Below, in pieces: positions 18,524 to 28,460 of a stretch of DNA of 64,000 nt. Positions within the stretch are counted from its first letter, which is position 1. Every line of letters begins with the position of its first letter. Source of the stretch: a virus (Duplodnaviria > Caudoviricetes); the IMG/VR virus record IMGVR_UViG_3300042448_001920, positions 2,102 to 66,101 of that record; one strand, given 5' to 3'. A program made the translations under genes and the position numbers. The notes under the pieces are model-generated. The model saw only the letters and a program-made list of their open reading frames with translations. It made no database searches and was not told where the DNA came from.

Positions 18524-19045
18524 TTACATCCCTTTAAATACGTTAGGGTCAACATTAGTACATTTTATTCTTCTGAAATAACCAGAATAACCGAATTGGC
18601 TACTTGCATTATCTGTGTTTATGGTATCGTCATCAAAAACTGTGAAATATTTCATATTGTTTTCTCTATCTGAATAACCAACAATATCACCATAACTTAT
18701 TTCAGTGTTTTTTTCATTTAGTTGTTTTTGTAAAACCGTAAACTCAAGATTACCATAATCTTGGTACCTTAAATTACCATTTGGTGAATAAGATTTGTTC
18801 TCACCGTTTTCAAGGTTAAGAATAACTTTTAACTCAACTGGTGATAAAAATCTGATATCGTTTACATTACTTTCACCGTAAACATCATCCATTTGAGTGT
18901 TAACTCTATCAACTCTAAATAAAACAACAGTAAAGTTCATATCACCCTCGATTAGCTCAGTAGCCATATCAAGTTCGAGTTGAAAATCTTCTTCGTCATA
19001 AAACCTATTCAACCTTGTGTTTGGTATTCTAGTTTTTCTTTCCAT
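18524..19045 (-). CDS. Head completion/neck protein (gp14-like)
   Basis: VVLFRVD...DDVYGES...GD motif and gene context. Confidence 0.55.
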   Translation of the reverse strand: MERKTRIPNTRLNRFYDEEDFQLELDMATELIEGDMNFTVVLFRVDRVNTQMDDVYGESNVNDIRFLSPVELKVILNLENGENKSYSPNGNLRYQDYGNLEFTVLQKQLNEKNTEISYGDIVGYSDRENNMKYFTVFDDDTINTDNASSQFGYSGYFRRIKCTNVDPNVFKGM

Positions 19046-19056
19046 TACCGTTTATA

Positions 19057-19064
19057 TATAAATA
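19057..19064 (-). promoter_or_regulatory. Putative late promoter motif TATTTATA
   Basis: 11 nt upstream of the ATG at 19045. Confidence 0.6.
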
Positions 19065-19082
19065 CTTTGATTTATTAATGAA

Positions 19083-19113
19083 TTGACTTTGTCCCAAAAA
19101 TTTATTATTATTG
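19083..19113 (+). promoter_or_regulatory. Host-RNAP-type (early/middle) promoter
   Basis: TTGACT...TATTATTG with 20-nt spacing after TTG, upstream of the helicase. Confidence 0.45.
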
Positions 19114-19144
19114 AATAATAATAAATTAAAGGAAAAGGGATTGA

Positions 19145-20923
19145 ATGCAGTTACCAATAGAAAAGAGAGCACTGGATATATTAAAAACATATAAGGGGTC
19201 TAACGATTACATATTAGGTATACAAAACACCTACTTCACAAGTAAAAGTTTTATACCAACAAAGAATCAAAGTGATTATATCATAAGGAATGGCGCTGTA
19301 GAACCAGTTGTTGTTAATAAATTATTTGATATTAGTAAATCTTGTAGACCTTTTATCGCTGAACAATTAAAATTAGATTTTATCCCAGATAAGATTTTTA
19401 TCAATAAATTACTCAGTAGAAAAGAAAATTTTTTACACGTATTTGGCTGTTTTGAAGAGGGTTGTGACAAATATTACACTTTTTATATTTCAAAAGAGTG
19501 TGTAAAGGTTAGTCGACCAGAACCAGAAATTGACCCAACAAAATATGAAAGGGATCCAAAACCACATCAAATAACAGCGATTAAAAAATTATTGACAAAC
19601 GATAAATTTATCCTGGCCGATGAGATGGGTCTTGGTAAAACAACATCCGCTATTATTGCGGCTATGGAAGGACAATTCAAAAAGATATTAGTTGTTTGCC
19701 CAGCATCTCTTAAACTTAACTGGAAGATTGAGATCTCAAATTACGACTCACCTGATAATATCAGTGTTGTTGACGGAAGCAATCTTACCGTAAAGAAATG
19801 GACTATTGTAAACTACGACATTCTTAAAAATTTTCACCATTTACCTAGACGTGGTGTCAAAACAGCGGATCTACCAGTATCACCAATCGATTACCATAAG
19901 TTTGATTTAGTTATTGCTGATGAGGCTCACTACCTTAAAAACGCTTCATCTAACAGAACAAAAATCTTTAATGATTTTGCGATGAAAATACCAGTAAGAT
20001 GGTTATTAACAGGTACACCGATCACAAATAAACCAATTGATTTTTATAATCTTCTGTATTTGTGTGATTCACCTGTTGCAGCTAACTGGGTTGGTTACGT
20101 TAAAAGATATTGTGCTGGTAGACAGTTTAATCGTAAAGGTACCAAACAAAAGTATTGGGTTTGTTCTGGATCTTCAAATCTTGAAGAATTAAAAGATTTT
20201 TCATCTGATGTTATCCTTAGAAGGACTAAAAACGATTCTATTGATTTACCGCAAAAGACTATTAAACCTGTGTATCTCCCATTAGAATTTTCAACGAGTT
20301 ACAATGCATATATTGCTGAGTATGAGGCTTGGATTGAAGAAATGGAAGCGGCTGGGGAAAAACCCACAATTACGGATCACCTTACAAAACTTATCAAAGT
20401 TAGACAATTATTATCTTATGATAAGATCGCTCATACAATTGAAATGGCTGAGGAAATGCTCGAGAACGGTCAAAAAGTTATCATATTTAGTTGTTTTACA
20501 AACACAATTAAAGAATTGCAAGCGCATTTTGGTAAAAAAGCTGTAACAATTGACGGGTCTGTTTCAAAAGAAAAAAGACAACAAGCTGTTGACCAATTTC
20601 AAACTGATGATAAAATCACCGTTTTCTTGGGTAACATTGTTGCCGCTGGTGTTGGTTTGACCTTGACTGAAAGTAGTGTTGTGATATTCAATGATTTAGA
20701 CTGGACACCAGCAAACCATATGCAAGCTGAAGATAGAGCACATAGAATTGGCCAACAAAACCAAGTTCACATCATTTATCCGTTATTTGCCGATACTTTG
20801 GATATGATCATGTACAAAGCACTTCAAAGTAAAATGAAGATTATTAGTACGATTATGGGTGATAACCCATCTGAAGAGGAAATATCAGTTGGTAAAGAGG
20901 TTATTATGCACCTTAGACGTTAA
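19145..20923 (+). CDS. SNF2/HARP-family DEAH helicase
   Basis: LADEMGLGKT, VVCPASLKLNW, DEAH, LTGTP, GVGLTL, DLDWTPANHMQAEDRAHRIGQ. Confidence 0.93.
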   Translation: MQLPIEKRALDILKTYKGSNDYILGIQNTYFTSKSFIPTKNQSDYIIRNGAVEPVVVNKLFDISKSCRPFIAEQLKLDFIPDKIFINKLLSRKENFLHVFGCFEEGCDKYYTFYISKECVKVSRPEPEIDPTKYERDPKPHQITAIKKLLTNDKFILADEMGLGKTTSAIIAAMEGQFKKILVVCPASLKLNWKIEISNYDSPDNISVVDGSNLTVKKWTIVNYDILKNFHHLPRRGVKTADLPVSPIDYHKFDLVIADEAHYLKNASSNRTKIFNDFAMKIPVRWLLTGTPITNKPIDFYNLLYLCDSPVAANWVGYVKRYCAGRQFNRKGTKQKYWVCSGSSNLEELKDFSSDVILRRTKNDSIDLPQKTIKPVYLPLEFSTSYNAYIAEYEAWIEEMEAAGEKPTITDHLTKLIKVRQLLSYDKIAHTIEMAEEMLENGQKVIIFSCFTNTIKELQAHFGKKAVTIDGSVSKEKRQQAVDQFQTDDKITVFLGNIVAAGVGLTLTESSVVIFNDLDWTPANHMQAEDRAHRIGQQNQVHIIYPLFADTLDMIMYKALQSKMKIISTIMGDNPSEEEISVGKEVIMHLRR

Positions 20924-22086
20924 TGTTCGGTATGGATGATTCTTTTTACATCTGATCTATAAAGAGCGTCATCACCATCATTTGGCGTTATAATTACATG
21001 ATATTTTTTAACACCCATATCTTTTGTTGACATCATCTCATCATAAGATAAAATATCATCTATATTTGGTATATTATAATACTCAGCAACCCTTTCTTTT
21101 AAAGTTTCTAAATCATCAATCCTATCTAAATCAAGATCCTTAAACTCACTTGAAGGGAACCTAACCGAAAGTTTTTGATTTTCTGGGTTAATTTTACTTA
21201 ATTCTCTTTTATTAGCATCGGCTGAAAAACTTGTTGAATCTAATTCTGAGTCTTGGGCAACTGAAGCTATTTTTGTGTGTGCGGCACTTATAATATTATA
21301 ACCCTCTTCTTTTAATCTATTTATAACGTTCTCGGCCATTCTAACGTATTTTTCCGTAAAAAAGTCCCCAGAATCGTTCCATCTAAACATAACTCTCCAT
21401 TTATAACCTTTAAGAGCCTTATGTTCAATACATTTATCTTTTAACTCTTTATAAAGTCTTTCTTCATATTCTTTTGGGAAATTTAAAAGATAATTTAATC
21501 TTCTGGTCATACTATCATAAGATGCTGGATATTGGATATATTGACCAGATAAAGCGTAACAACCTTGTCTACAAGTACCTGCACCTGGGCATGTATTTAT
21601 AATAACAAATTTTTTATTTTGTATATCATAAGCTAAACCTCTAAAAGCGGGTAAACCTGTCTTATAAACAAAATCGTTGGGACCACCGCTTTTTATCATT
21701 TTTTCGTTAGTGTTTACAACGTTATTTGGTGGCTCAGTCATTCTTTTTATAAAAGTGTTAACATCAGCTGTTTCAAAATTACCTTTAACCGTTTCATCTT
21801 TATATTCCTTATCTGTACCTAAAAGTCTGGTTTTTGCGTGAATAAATGGTAGACTTGTTGGGAATTTTTTTCTGTCTTTTGTAGATAAATTTCTGTTATC
21901 AATTAAATCATTTAAGTATTCAATTAATTGCGGTAACGGTAAACAACTTTTTTTAACATCACTAAAATCGCCTTCCCAGTCAATTTCAAATAAATCATCC
22001 TCATATAGATTACTTTCATTAATAGGTAAACCTATAATATTTTTCATTCTATTTAACGATTCTTGTAAACTCAATTCCTTTTTCAT
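20920..22086 (-). CDS. GP88-like (radical-SAM-related) protein with capsid-targeting-like N-terminus
   Basis: TCPGAGTCRQGCYA (CX5CX3C) and FRWNDSGDF motifs. N-terminus LQESLNRMKNIIG. Confidence 0.7.
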   Translation of the reverse strand: MKKELSLQESLNRMKNIIGLPINESNLYEDDLFEIDWEGDFSDVKKSCLPLPQLIEYLNDLIDNRNLSTKDRKKFPTSLPFIHAKTRLLGTDKEYKDETVKGNFETADVNTFIKRMTEPPNNVVNTNEKMIKSGGPNDFVYKTGLPAFRGLAYDIQNKKFVIINTCPGAGTCRQGCYALSGQYIQYPASYDSMTRRLNYLLNFPKEYEERLYKELKDKCIEHKALKGYKWRVMFRWNDSGDFFTEKYVRMAENVINRLKEEGYNIISAAHTKIASVAQDSELDSTSFSADANKRELSKINPENQKLSVRFPSSEFKDLDLDRIDDLETLKERVAEYYNIPNIDDILSYDEMMSTKDMGVKKYHVIITPNDGDDALYRSDVKRIIHTEH

Positions 22087-22108
22087 ATAATATTCCCGTA
22101 TTTAAAAG

Positions 22109-22123
22109 TATTTATTATAAATA
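22109..22123. promoter_or_regulatory. Palindromic double late-promoter motif TATTTAT-T-ATAAATA
   Basis: Perfect inverted pair between the divergent GP88-like and neck genes. Confidence 0.6.
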
Positions 22124-22131
22124 TTAGGAAA

Positions 22132-23223
22132 ATGAGAATAAATCCAATCGAAAAGCAAAAAATATACAAACAAGCCAAACACAGGCTTGGGGCCCCTATT
22201 AGAAAGATTCAGTTAGAGGATGAGCAAATGGACTCACTTCTTGAAATCGCTACAGAAGATTATGTTGAGTTTATCAATAACTGGTTGATTGAACATCAAT
22301 GGCCAAGTTTAATTGGTTTGAATGTTAGCGAGGCTGATTTAACAAGAGCTTTTATTTATAGAACTTTTGATTTGGTTACACAATACACATATTCGTATTC
22401 GAAAATAGTTGGTTTGGGTGCTGGTGAGGGTGGTTATGTTCTTAAAAAAGACTATGTTGAGTTAGTTAAAGGTCAACAAATGTATGAAATCCCAGCTAAT
22501 AGAGAGATCAACGAAGTTTTATGGTTTACCCCAGCCTCATTAGACCAATCTGTTATTGACCCATTTTTAGGTGTTTGGAATAATCAATTTGGTGCCGAAT
22601 ACATGGGATTGGGTAGTTATTATATTCTGCCAGCCTTTGATATTTTAATGAGAACGACTGACAGAAATCTTAAGAACAGAATGATTCGTTCTGAGTTAAT
22701 TTATAAAATTACAAACGCACCAGATGGTAAAAAATATCTTCATTTAATGAACACACCTGGTGGTAGATTTGATTTTAGGGGTGCCATGGTTGAACAAGGT
22801 AAATGTTGGTATTGGTATTATGATATCAATCCATTGATAAAAGATGATTGTTTAGCTAAAAATAAAGATATTATTAAATCACCAGCCGATGTTCCTTTGG
22901 ATGATATTTCATTTGATGATTTAAATGACCCAGCTAAAGTTTGGATTAGAAGATATTTTATTGCGTTATGTAAAGAAACTTTAGGTAGAGTAAGAGGTAC
23001 TTTTGGTGGTAAAATACCAGTTCCAGATGCAAATATGGAAATTGAATACCAATCACTTTTATCAGAAGGTAAAGATGAAATGGTTACACTTAAAAAAGAA
23101 TTAGAGGATAGAATGTTCAAATTAAATCCATTAGAGATTTTAAAAAGAATGTCTACCGAAGCTGAAGAAATTAATAAAGCTCTTAGATACAGAGCTTTCC
23201 AAAAACCAATTAAAGTTATATAA
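22132..23223 (+). CDS. Neck/head-tail adaptor protein (gp13-like)
   Basis: RLGAPIRKIQLEDEQMD, WIRRYFIALCKETLGRVRG, LLSEGKDE. Confidence 0.8.
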   Translation: MRINPIEKQKIYKQAKHRLGAPIRKIQLEDEQMDSLLEIATEDYVEFINNWLIEHQWPSLIGLNVSEADLTRAFIYRTFDLVTQYTYSYSKIVGLGAGEGGYVLKKDYVELVKGQQMYEIPANREINEVLWFTPASLDQSVIDPFLGVWNNQFGAEYMGLGSYYILPAFDILMRTTDRNLKNRMIRSELIYKITNAPDGKKYLHLMNTPGGRFDFRGAMVEQGKCWYWYYDINPLIKDDCLAKNKDIIKSPADVPLDDISFDDLNDPAKVWIRRYFIALCKETLGRVRGTFGGKIPVPDANMEIEYQSLLSEGKDEMVTLKKELEDRMFKLNPLEILKRMSTEAEEINKALRYRAFQKPIKVI

Positions 23224-24860
23224 TGTTTTATACAGCCCTAGATAAAAGTGAATATTTCGATTTAATCGTAACAAATGATTGCCGTGATTTCTATCGTGAT
23301 TATAGCGAATGTTATTTAATTGATATTAACGTTACAGCAGGTCTTTGCTCAACAACTGGAATATCACAATCAGAAGAGATTGAACTCGAGAATATAACTT
23401 TAAACGGTTATGATAATTTTTTCATAAACAACGGTGAGGTATCTAATATAAACAATTTCACTGGGGACACCATCGGTTACACGGTTAATGAAAATGTTGT
23501 TGTTAATGTTGATAAGGACCTAGTTTATGTTATTGAAACAGGTGATACATTTTGTTTTCACGAAATATCTGGTTACAGTGGTAATTATTGTTATGAAATT
23601 GATCATTTAAGGGTTGATAATGGTGTTTATTATAACAAATTAAATGGTGGTTTTTATCAAGGTTTTTATAAAATTTTTGGTGAAAATGTTGAATGGTATC
23701 CAGCTAGAGCTAAAATGGGTTGGACCGTTGATATGGTTGTTCATTTTCCAATGGATTTAACAGGTTCAACTGGAACTAGTGGCACCTCTGGAACATCTGG
23801 GTCTTCAGGATCTAACGGTACCTCTGGAACATCAGGTTCCTCAGGATCATTCGGATCTTCTGGGTCTTCTGGTGTTTGTTTAACGTTAAATGACACATAC
23901 CCAAATAACAGTGGTTTTGTTTTTTATTTAGGTACTAGAGCTGAAAATAAATTTGCCGACAAAACTGATGTTGAAATACAAAGATTTGAGGATAACTACA
24001 ATGTTGTGCCACTAAACACACAAAACCTATTTACATATAATAATTTAATAAGTTTGGATGGTTTAACAAATTATGTCGGTTATTTTAATTACTATAATGG
24101 TTTAATGTATACTGGTAGAAATTATACAGTTGACTCACAACCACTACAGTATCATCAAGAATATAGTGATTTAACATATAACGCTTTTGGTATTAGAGTT
24201 ACAAATGACGGTAGAATTGGGTATAGAACAATATACCCAACCGATATTTGCTATACTGGTGTAACACAAGAAGTTAGCGGTATAACAAATAATTCATTCA
24301 TTATGGATCCAACCGATGACTGCGTTAATTATACAAGAGCATTAATCGTTACAAAGTATTTTACTATAGAAGAATGTTACACCAAAAACCCAGTAATTGA
24401 TGTAACCGAAAATAAGTTTTTAAATATAACTGGTGTATTTGAAAGAGATTTTGCGTATGGAAATAATTGCCAGTTAAAATACGGTGATTATAAAAAAGGT
24501 ACGTTCTCAATTTATCTTAACGGGTTTTTAGTTTTTAGAAATCGTAATTTTGTTGAGGTTATACCTCATGAATTAGATACCGAAGCTAAATATCAAGAGG
24601 GTGTTCCATTTAACATTTCATTTGGTGGTGGAACCCAAAGTTTGATCGACACTGTGGTATTTGATAAAACAAAAGTTATGGGTACTGTTTTAGAAAGATT
24701 TTTTGCTGGTACATTTTTAGGTGGGGTGAAATCTATTAAGATGTATTGTGTACCTTTGTATACGGTTGAAATCAAAAAAAATGTTTTAAATATAGCTAGT
24801 TTATATAATTTACCAATAATAAAAGGTGGTAGACAGATATTTATAAAAAATAGATTCTAA
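23223..24860 (+). CDS. Virion structural protein (LamG/lectin-like C-terminus) with Gly-Ser/Thr triplet tract
   Basis: Beta-rich 545 aa; FSIYLNG..F and FAGTFLGGVKSIKMY. Translationally coupled to the neck gene. Confidence 0.55.
   Translation: MFYTALDKSEYFDLIVTNDCRDFYRDYSECYLIDINVTAGLCSTTGISQSEEIELENITLNGYDNFFINNGEVSNINNFTGDTIGYTVNENVVVNVDKDLVYVIETGDTFCFHEISGYSGNYCYEIDHLRVDNGVYYNKLNGGFYQGFYKIFGENVEWYPARAKMGWTVDMVVHFPMDLTGSTGTSGTSGTSGSSGSNGTSGTSGSSGSFGSSGSSGVCLTLNDTYPNNSGFVFYLGTRAENKFADKTDVEIQRFEDNYNVVPLNTQNLFTYNNLISLDGLTNYVGYFNYYNGLMYTGRNYTVDSQPLQYHQEYSDLTYNAFGIRVTNDGRIGYRTIYPTDICYTGVTQEVSGITNNSFIMDPTDDCVNYTRALIVTKYFTIEECYTKNPVIDVTENKFLNITGVFERDFAYGNNCQLKYGDYKKGTFSIYLNGFLVFRNRNFVEVIPHELDTEAKYQEGVPFNISFGGGTQSLIDTVVFDKTKVMGTVLERFFAGTFLGGVKSIKMYCVPLYTVEIKKNVLNIASLYNLPIIKGGRQIFIKNRF
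23760..23873 (+). repeat. (G-x-x)12 Ser/Thr-rich low-complexity coding repeat
   Basis: TGSTGTSGTSGTSGSSGSNGTSGTSGSSGSFGSSGSSG. Confidence 0.9.
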
Positions 24861-25261
24861 TGGTATTTAGTATAAGACAAAACGCAACATTACCTATTTT
24901 GAAAATGAAAGTTTTCAGAGATGGACGCAATGATTTTAGACGTTTCGAGGAATTAATCGAAAATTGTGTCGCAACATTTGCGATGAAAGACGAAAAAACG
25001 GGTATATATAAAGTTGCTAATAAAGCAGCGACAATTGCGCTTGAAAACCCATGTGATGAAAATGGTTATAAACACTACATCATAACGTACCAATTTACCA
25101 AAGATGATACGGATAAACCTGGAATTTTTCTGGGTGAGTTTAAATTAACGCTATTTGATTTAGCTAATCCAACCCAAGTTTACGGTGAATTAATCGCACC
25201 AATTCAAGAGGAACTATATATTCATATTCTCGATTCTTTTGTAAAAACAGACGTTATTTAA
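24860..25261 (+). CDS. BppU-like Ig-fold virion protein
   Basis: F.IRQNATLP.L...YQF...DTDKPG.F.GEF pattern. Confidence 0.55.
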   Translation: MVFSIRQNATLPILKMKVFRDGRNDFRRFEELIENCVATFAMKDEKTGIYKVANKAATIALENPCDENGYKHYIITYQFTKDDTDKPGIFLGEFKLTLFDLANPTQVYGELIAPIQEELYIHILDSFVKTDVI

Positions 25262-25269
25262 TTTTTTTT

Positions 25270-25300
25270 TTTGCTTTTACCGTTTTTATACTTATATTTG
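25270..25300 (+). promoter_or_regulatory. Bacteroidota-type promoter of DNA polymerase
   Basis: TTTG-N19-TATATTTG. Confidence 0.7.
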
Positions 25301-25317
25301 TGCCAAAATAATAAAAT

Positions 25318-28300
25318 ATGGCCGAATACAAGATTTCCCTTGAAGAGATAGAAAAGTTTTTAAATGGGCACGATGATGAAAAATACATCGTGAATGTTGA
25401 GTATGATGCCGAAACTAATCTGATCCATAAGATTAAACAGGACCCAGAGAGGGGTAATTATGTTGAAACAGAGCCTCTGTTGGCTTTTATGTGGATTAAA
25501 AACCTTAACAAGATTAAGGAAATAGTTAATTTTTACGGAAATAGTGATTCAAAAATCAAAGCCGCTAGACAAAGATACGGCATTGAAATCAAATCTTTAG
25601 GTGGGGATCACCCTAAATTAATTGATGGTTATAAATATTTGGTAACTTGTAACCAGGGTCAAAAAAGAATGTTAGAGTTCTTTAGAGAGGGTGGTATTTT
25701 TGTCTATGATACTAGACATGATATTAAATCACATTTTTTGATGTTATCACCTGTTGAGCAGTATTTTATACACACTGGTAAAAGATTATTTAAAGGGTTT
25801 GAGGAGTATGATGAAATCCACAAATTCATATTTGACTTAGAGACAACAGGTTTAGATCCAGCAATCAACCGTATTTTTTTAATTGGTATCTACACTAACT
25901 TAGGTGTTAGAGAAATCATACCCATTGAAGATAATGATGAGTCTGAAAGACAAGGTATTATAAAATTCTTTGAGAAAATCAATGAGATTAAACCAACAAT
26001 TATTGCTGGATATAATAGTGCAAACTTTGACTGGCCATTCTTCTTTAAAAGATGTGAAATTCTCGGGTTAAATATTCAGGATATTGCTATAACACTAAAA
26101 GTTGGTGAATTAATCAACAACAAAGATAGCATGTTAAAATTGGGTAATGAGGTTGAAAACTACACCCAAACTAATATGTTCGGTTACAGTGTGATTGACA
26201 TTATCCACTCCGCTAGACGTGCCCAAGCTATCGATTCTAGTATGAAATCTGTTGGTTTGAAGTATGTTTGTAAGTACAACAAGATCGCTAAAAAGAATCG
26301 TGTTTACATTGTTGGCGATAAAATCGGTGATACTTGGTATTCTGAAAGCAAGTTTTATTTTGATGATAGAACGGGCGCATACGCTAAAACAAAACCCGCT
26401 TTAGAGTTTATGGATTACATTCGCAGAGAAGATATCCAAGCTAATCCAGATAAAGTTTTTGTTTTTGGTGATAACATGATAAGACAGGGACTTGGTGGCC
26501 AGGCTAAAGAAATGCGTGGTGAACCAAATGTTATTGGTATTGTAACTAAACATACACCAGAATCAAACCCAGAGTCTTATTTTAATGACAAAGATTTTGA
26601 GGATATTAAAAAACATATCGATGCCGATGTTAATCAAATAATCGAAAAGATTAAACAGGGTAAAACAATTGTCTTCCCTAAAATGGGTATTGGTACAGGT
26701 TTGGCTCAATTAGATATGCGAGCACCAAAAACATTCAAATACCTAGTTGGTTTATTACGTGCATTACGTGAATATATTAATACATTTCAAGAGGTTGATG
26801 GTAGATACATCGTTGAGCGTTACCTGATTGATGACTTATGGGAGACCATGGAAGTTGACGATGTTTATAATCAATCATCATTCTTGTTGGCTAAATTAGT
26901 ACCAACAACATACCAAAGGGTATCAACTATGGGTACCGCTGGTTTGTGGAAACTACTGATGATGACATATTCATTTGAAAATGATTTGGCCATACCAGTA
27001 TCTGATGTTAAAAGAGATTACACTGGTGGTTTATCGAGATTGTTTAAGGTCGGTTACTCAACGACTTTAAGAAAGATGGACTACAATTCACTTTACCCAG
27101 CTATTCAGTTGGCCCATGATGTATTCCCAGCTGTTGATGTTAACGGTGCGATGAAATCGATGTTAAAGTATTTCCACACTGAACGTTTTAAAGCCAAAAA
27201 TTTGGCTAGTAAATACAAAAAAGAAGGTAACTATCAGTTAGCTGACAAATACAAACGTAAGCAGTTACCACTTAAGATCTTCATTAACTCAATGTTCGGT
27301 GCCTTGGGAGCACCTATGGCTTTCCAATGGGCTGAGATTGATGTCAGCGAACGTATTACATGTACGGCAAGGCAATACCTTAGACTCATGGTCACATTTT
27401 TCCTTAAACGAGGTTACACACCCTTGGTACTTGATACGGATGGTGTGAACTTCATGGCCCCTAAGAATGGTGAACCATTTACTTATGTAGGTAAAGGTTT
27501 TAATGATGAGGTTGAGGCTGGTAAAGAATATAAAGGTGTCAAAGCTGTTGTGGCTGAATTTAATGATACGTACATGCGTGGTGAAATGGGTCTTGGTTTG
27601 GATGGTATTTGGCCAGCAACCATAAACTTATCAAGAAAAAACTACGCTTTATTAGAAGATGATGGAACGATCAGTTTAACTGGTAACAGTATTAAATCAA
27701 AAGCTATGCCCGTTTATATCGAAGAATTTTTAGGTAAGGGTATGAAAATGTTATTAAATGGACATGGTTACGATTTCGTACAATATTACTATGAATATGC
27801 TGAAAAGGTGTGTAATAAGCAAATACCGTTATCTAAAATCGCCACAAAATCTAGGGTTAAGAAATCAATAAACGCTTACATAAATCGTGGTGGTGATAAA
27901 AACGGTAAACAATTGGCTAAACAAGCCCACATGGAATTAGCTATTAAACATAACCTAGATGTTAACCTTGGTGATACAATTTATTACGTTAATAACGGTA
28001 AAACTAAATCACACGGAGATGCCCAGGAAGATAAAAACGGTGAAATGTATGCTACATTAGTACCGAATGACATTATCGAAAACCAACCAGATTATATTGG
28101 TGAATACAATGTACCAAAATATTTGGAAGCTTTAAATAAAAAAGTTGAGCCTTTGTTAGTTGCTTTCCCACTTGAAGTTAGAGATAAAATCCTAATTAAA
28201 AAATCTGGTGAAAGAACAATGTTCTTAAAATCTGAGTTAGAATTAGTGAATGATCAACCAACAGATATTGAAGATCAGGATACTTTGGAAGAATTTTTTA

Positions 28301-28416
28301 CACCGTCCCAAATGGAAAAAGAATTCTGGGCTAAAATGGATTATGAATCAGACTATTGGTTTTCTGACGAAATAACATTCAAAATACCTGGTTTAGATGA
28401 AGAATTTACAGTTTAG
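25318..28416 (+). CDS. polB: Family B DNA polymerase with macrodomain-like insertion
   Basis: ExoI FDLETTG, ExoII GYNSANFD, ExoIII YLIDD. Polymerase motifs MDYNSLYP, KIFINSMFG, LDTDG. Confidence 0.95.
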   Translation: MAEYKISLEEIEKFLNGHDDEKYIVNVEYDAETNLIHKIKQDPERGNYVETEPLLAFMWIKNLNKIKEIVNFYGNSDSKIKAARQRYGIEIKSLGGDHPKLIDGYKYLVTCNQGQKRMLEFFREGGIFVYDTRHDIKSHFLMLSPVEQYFIHTGKRLFKGFEEYDEIHKFIFDLETTGLDPAINRIFLIGIYTNLGVREIIPIEDNDESERQGIIKFFEKINEIKPTIIAGYNSANFDWPFFFKRCEILGLNIQDIAITLKVGELINNKDSMLKLGNEVENYTQTNMFGYSVIDIIHSARRAQAIDSSMKSVGLKYVCKYNKIAKKNRVYIVGDKIGDTWYSESKFYFDDRTGAYAKTKPALEFMDYIRREDIQANPDKVFVFGDNMIRQGLGGQAKEMRGEPNVIGIVTKHTPESNPESYFNDKDFEDIKKHIDADVNQIIEKIKQGKTIVFPKMGIGTGLAQLDMRAPKTFKYLVGLLRALREYINTFQEVDGRYIVERYLIDDLWETMEVDDVYNQSSFLLAKLVPTTYQRVSTMGTAGLWKLLMMTYSFENDLAIPVSDVKRDYTGGLSRLFKVGYSTTLRKMDYNSLYPAIQLAHDVFPAVDVNGAMKSMLKYFHTERFKAKNLASKYKKEGNYQLADKYKRKQLPLKIFINSMFGALGAPMAFQWAEIDVSERITCTARQYLRLMVTFFLKRGYTPLVLDTDGVNFMAPKNGEPFTYVGKGFNDEVEAGKEYKGVKAVVAEFNDTYMRGEMGLGLDGIWPATINLSRKNYALLEDDGTISLTGNSIKSKAMPVYIEEFLGKGMKMLLNGHGYDFVQYYYEYAEKVCNKQIPLSKIATKSRVKKSINAYINRGGDKNGKQLAKQAHMELAIKHNLDVNLGDTIYYVNNGKTKSHGDAQEDKNGEMYATLVPNDIIENQPDYIGEYNVPKYLEALNKKVEPLLVAFPLEVRDKILIKKSGERTMFLKSELELVNDQPTDIEDQDTLEEFFTPSQMEKEFWAKMDYESDYWFSDEITFKIPGLDEEFTV
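26398..26781 (+). other. In-frame ~128-aa macrodomain-like (DarG/TARG1-class) insert in PolB
   Basis: VFVFGDN...GLGGQA...IGIVTK...VFPKMGIGTGLAQL, located between ExoII and ExoIII. Confidence 0.65.
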
Positions 28417-28440
28417 TTGAAATATTACCCAAATCACCGA

Positions 28441-28448
28441 TATTTATA
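28441..28448 (+). promoter_or_regulatory. Putative late promoter motif TATTTATA
   Basis: 12 nt upstream of the ATG at 28461. Confidence 0.6.
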
Positions 28449-28460
28449 GTAAAATATTGG

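Noticed and set aside
25262-25272. Poly-T run as a phase-variation switch for the pol promoter
   Set aside because: Homopolymers are common in this AT-rich genome, and this one lies upstream of the -33/-7 spacer.
26398-26781. Intein in DNA polymerase
   Set aside because: No N-terminal Cys/Ser splice block, no His-Asn-[CST] end and no LAGLIDADG motifs.
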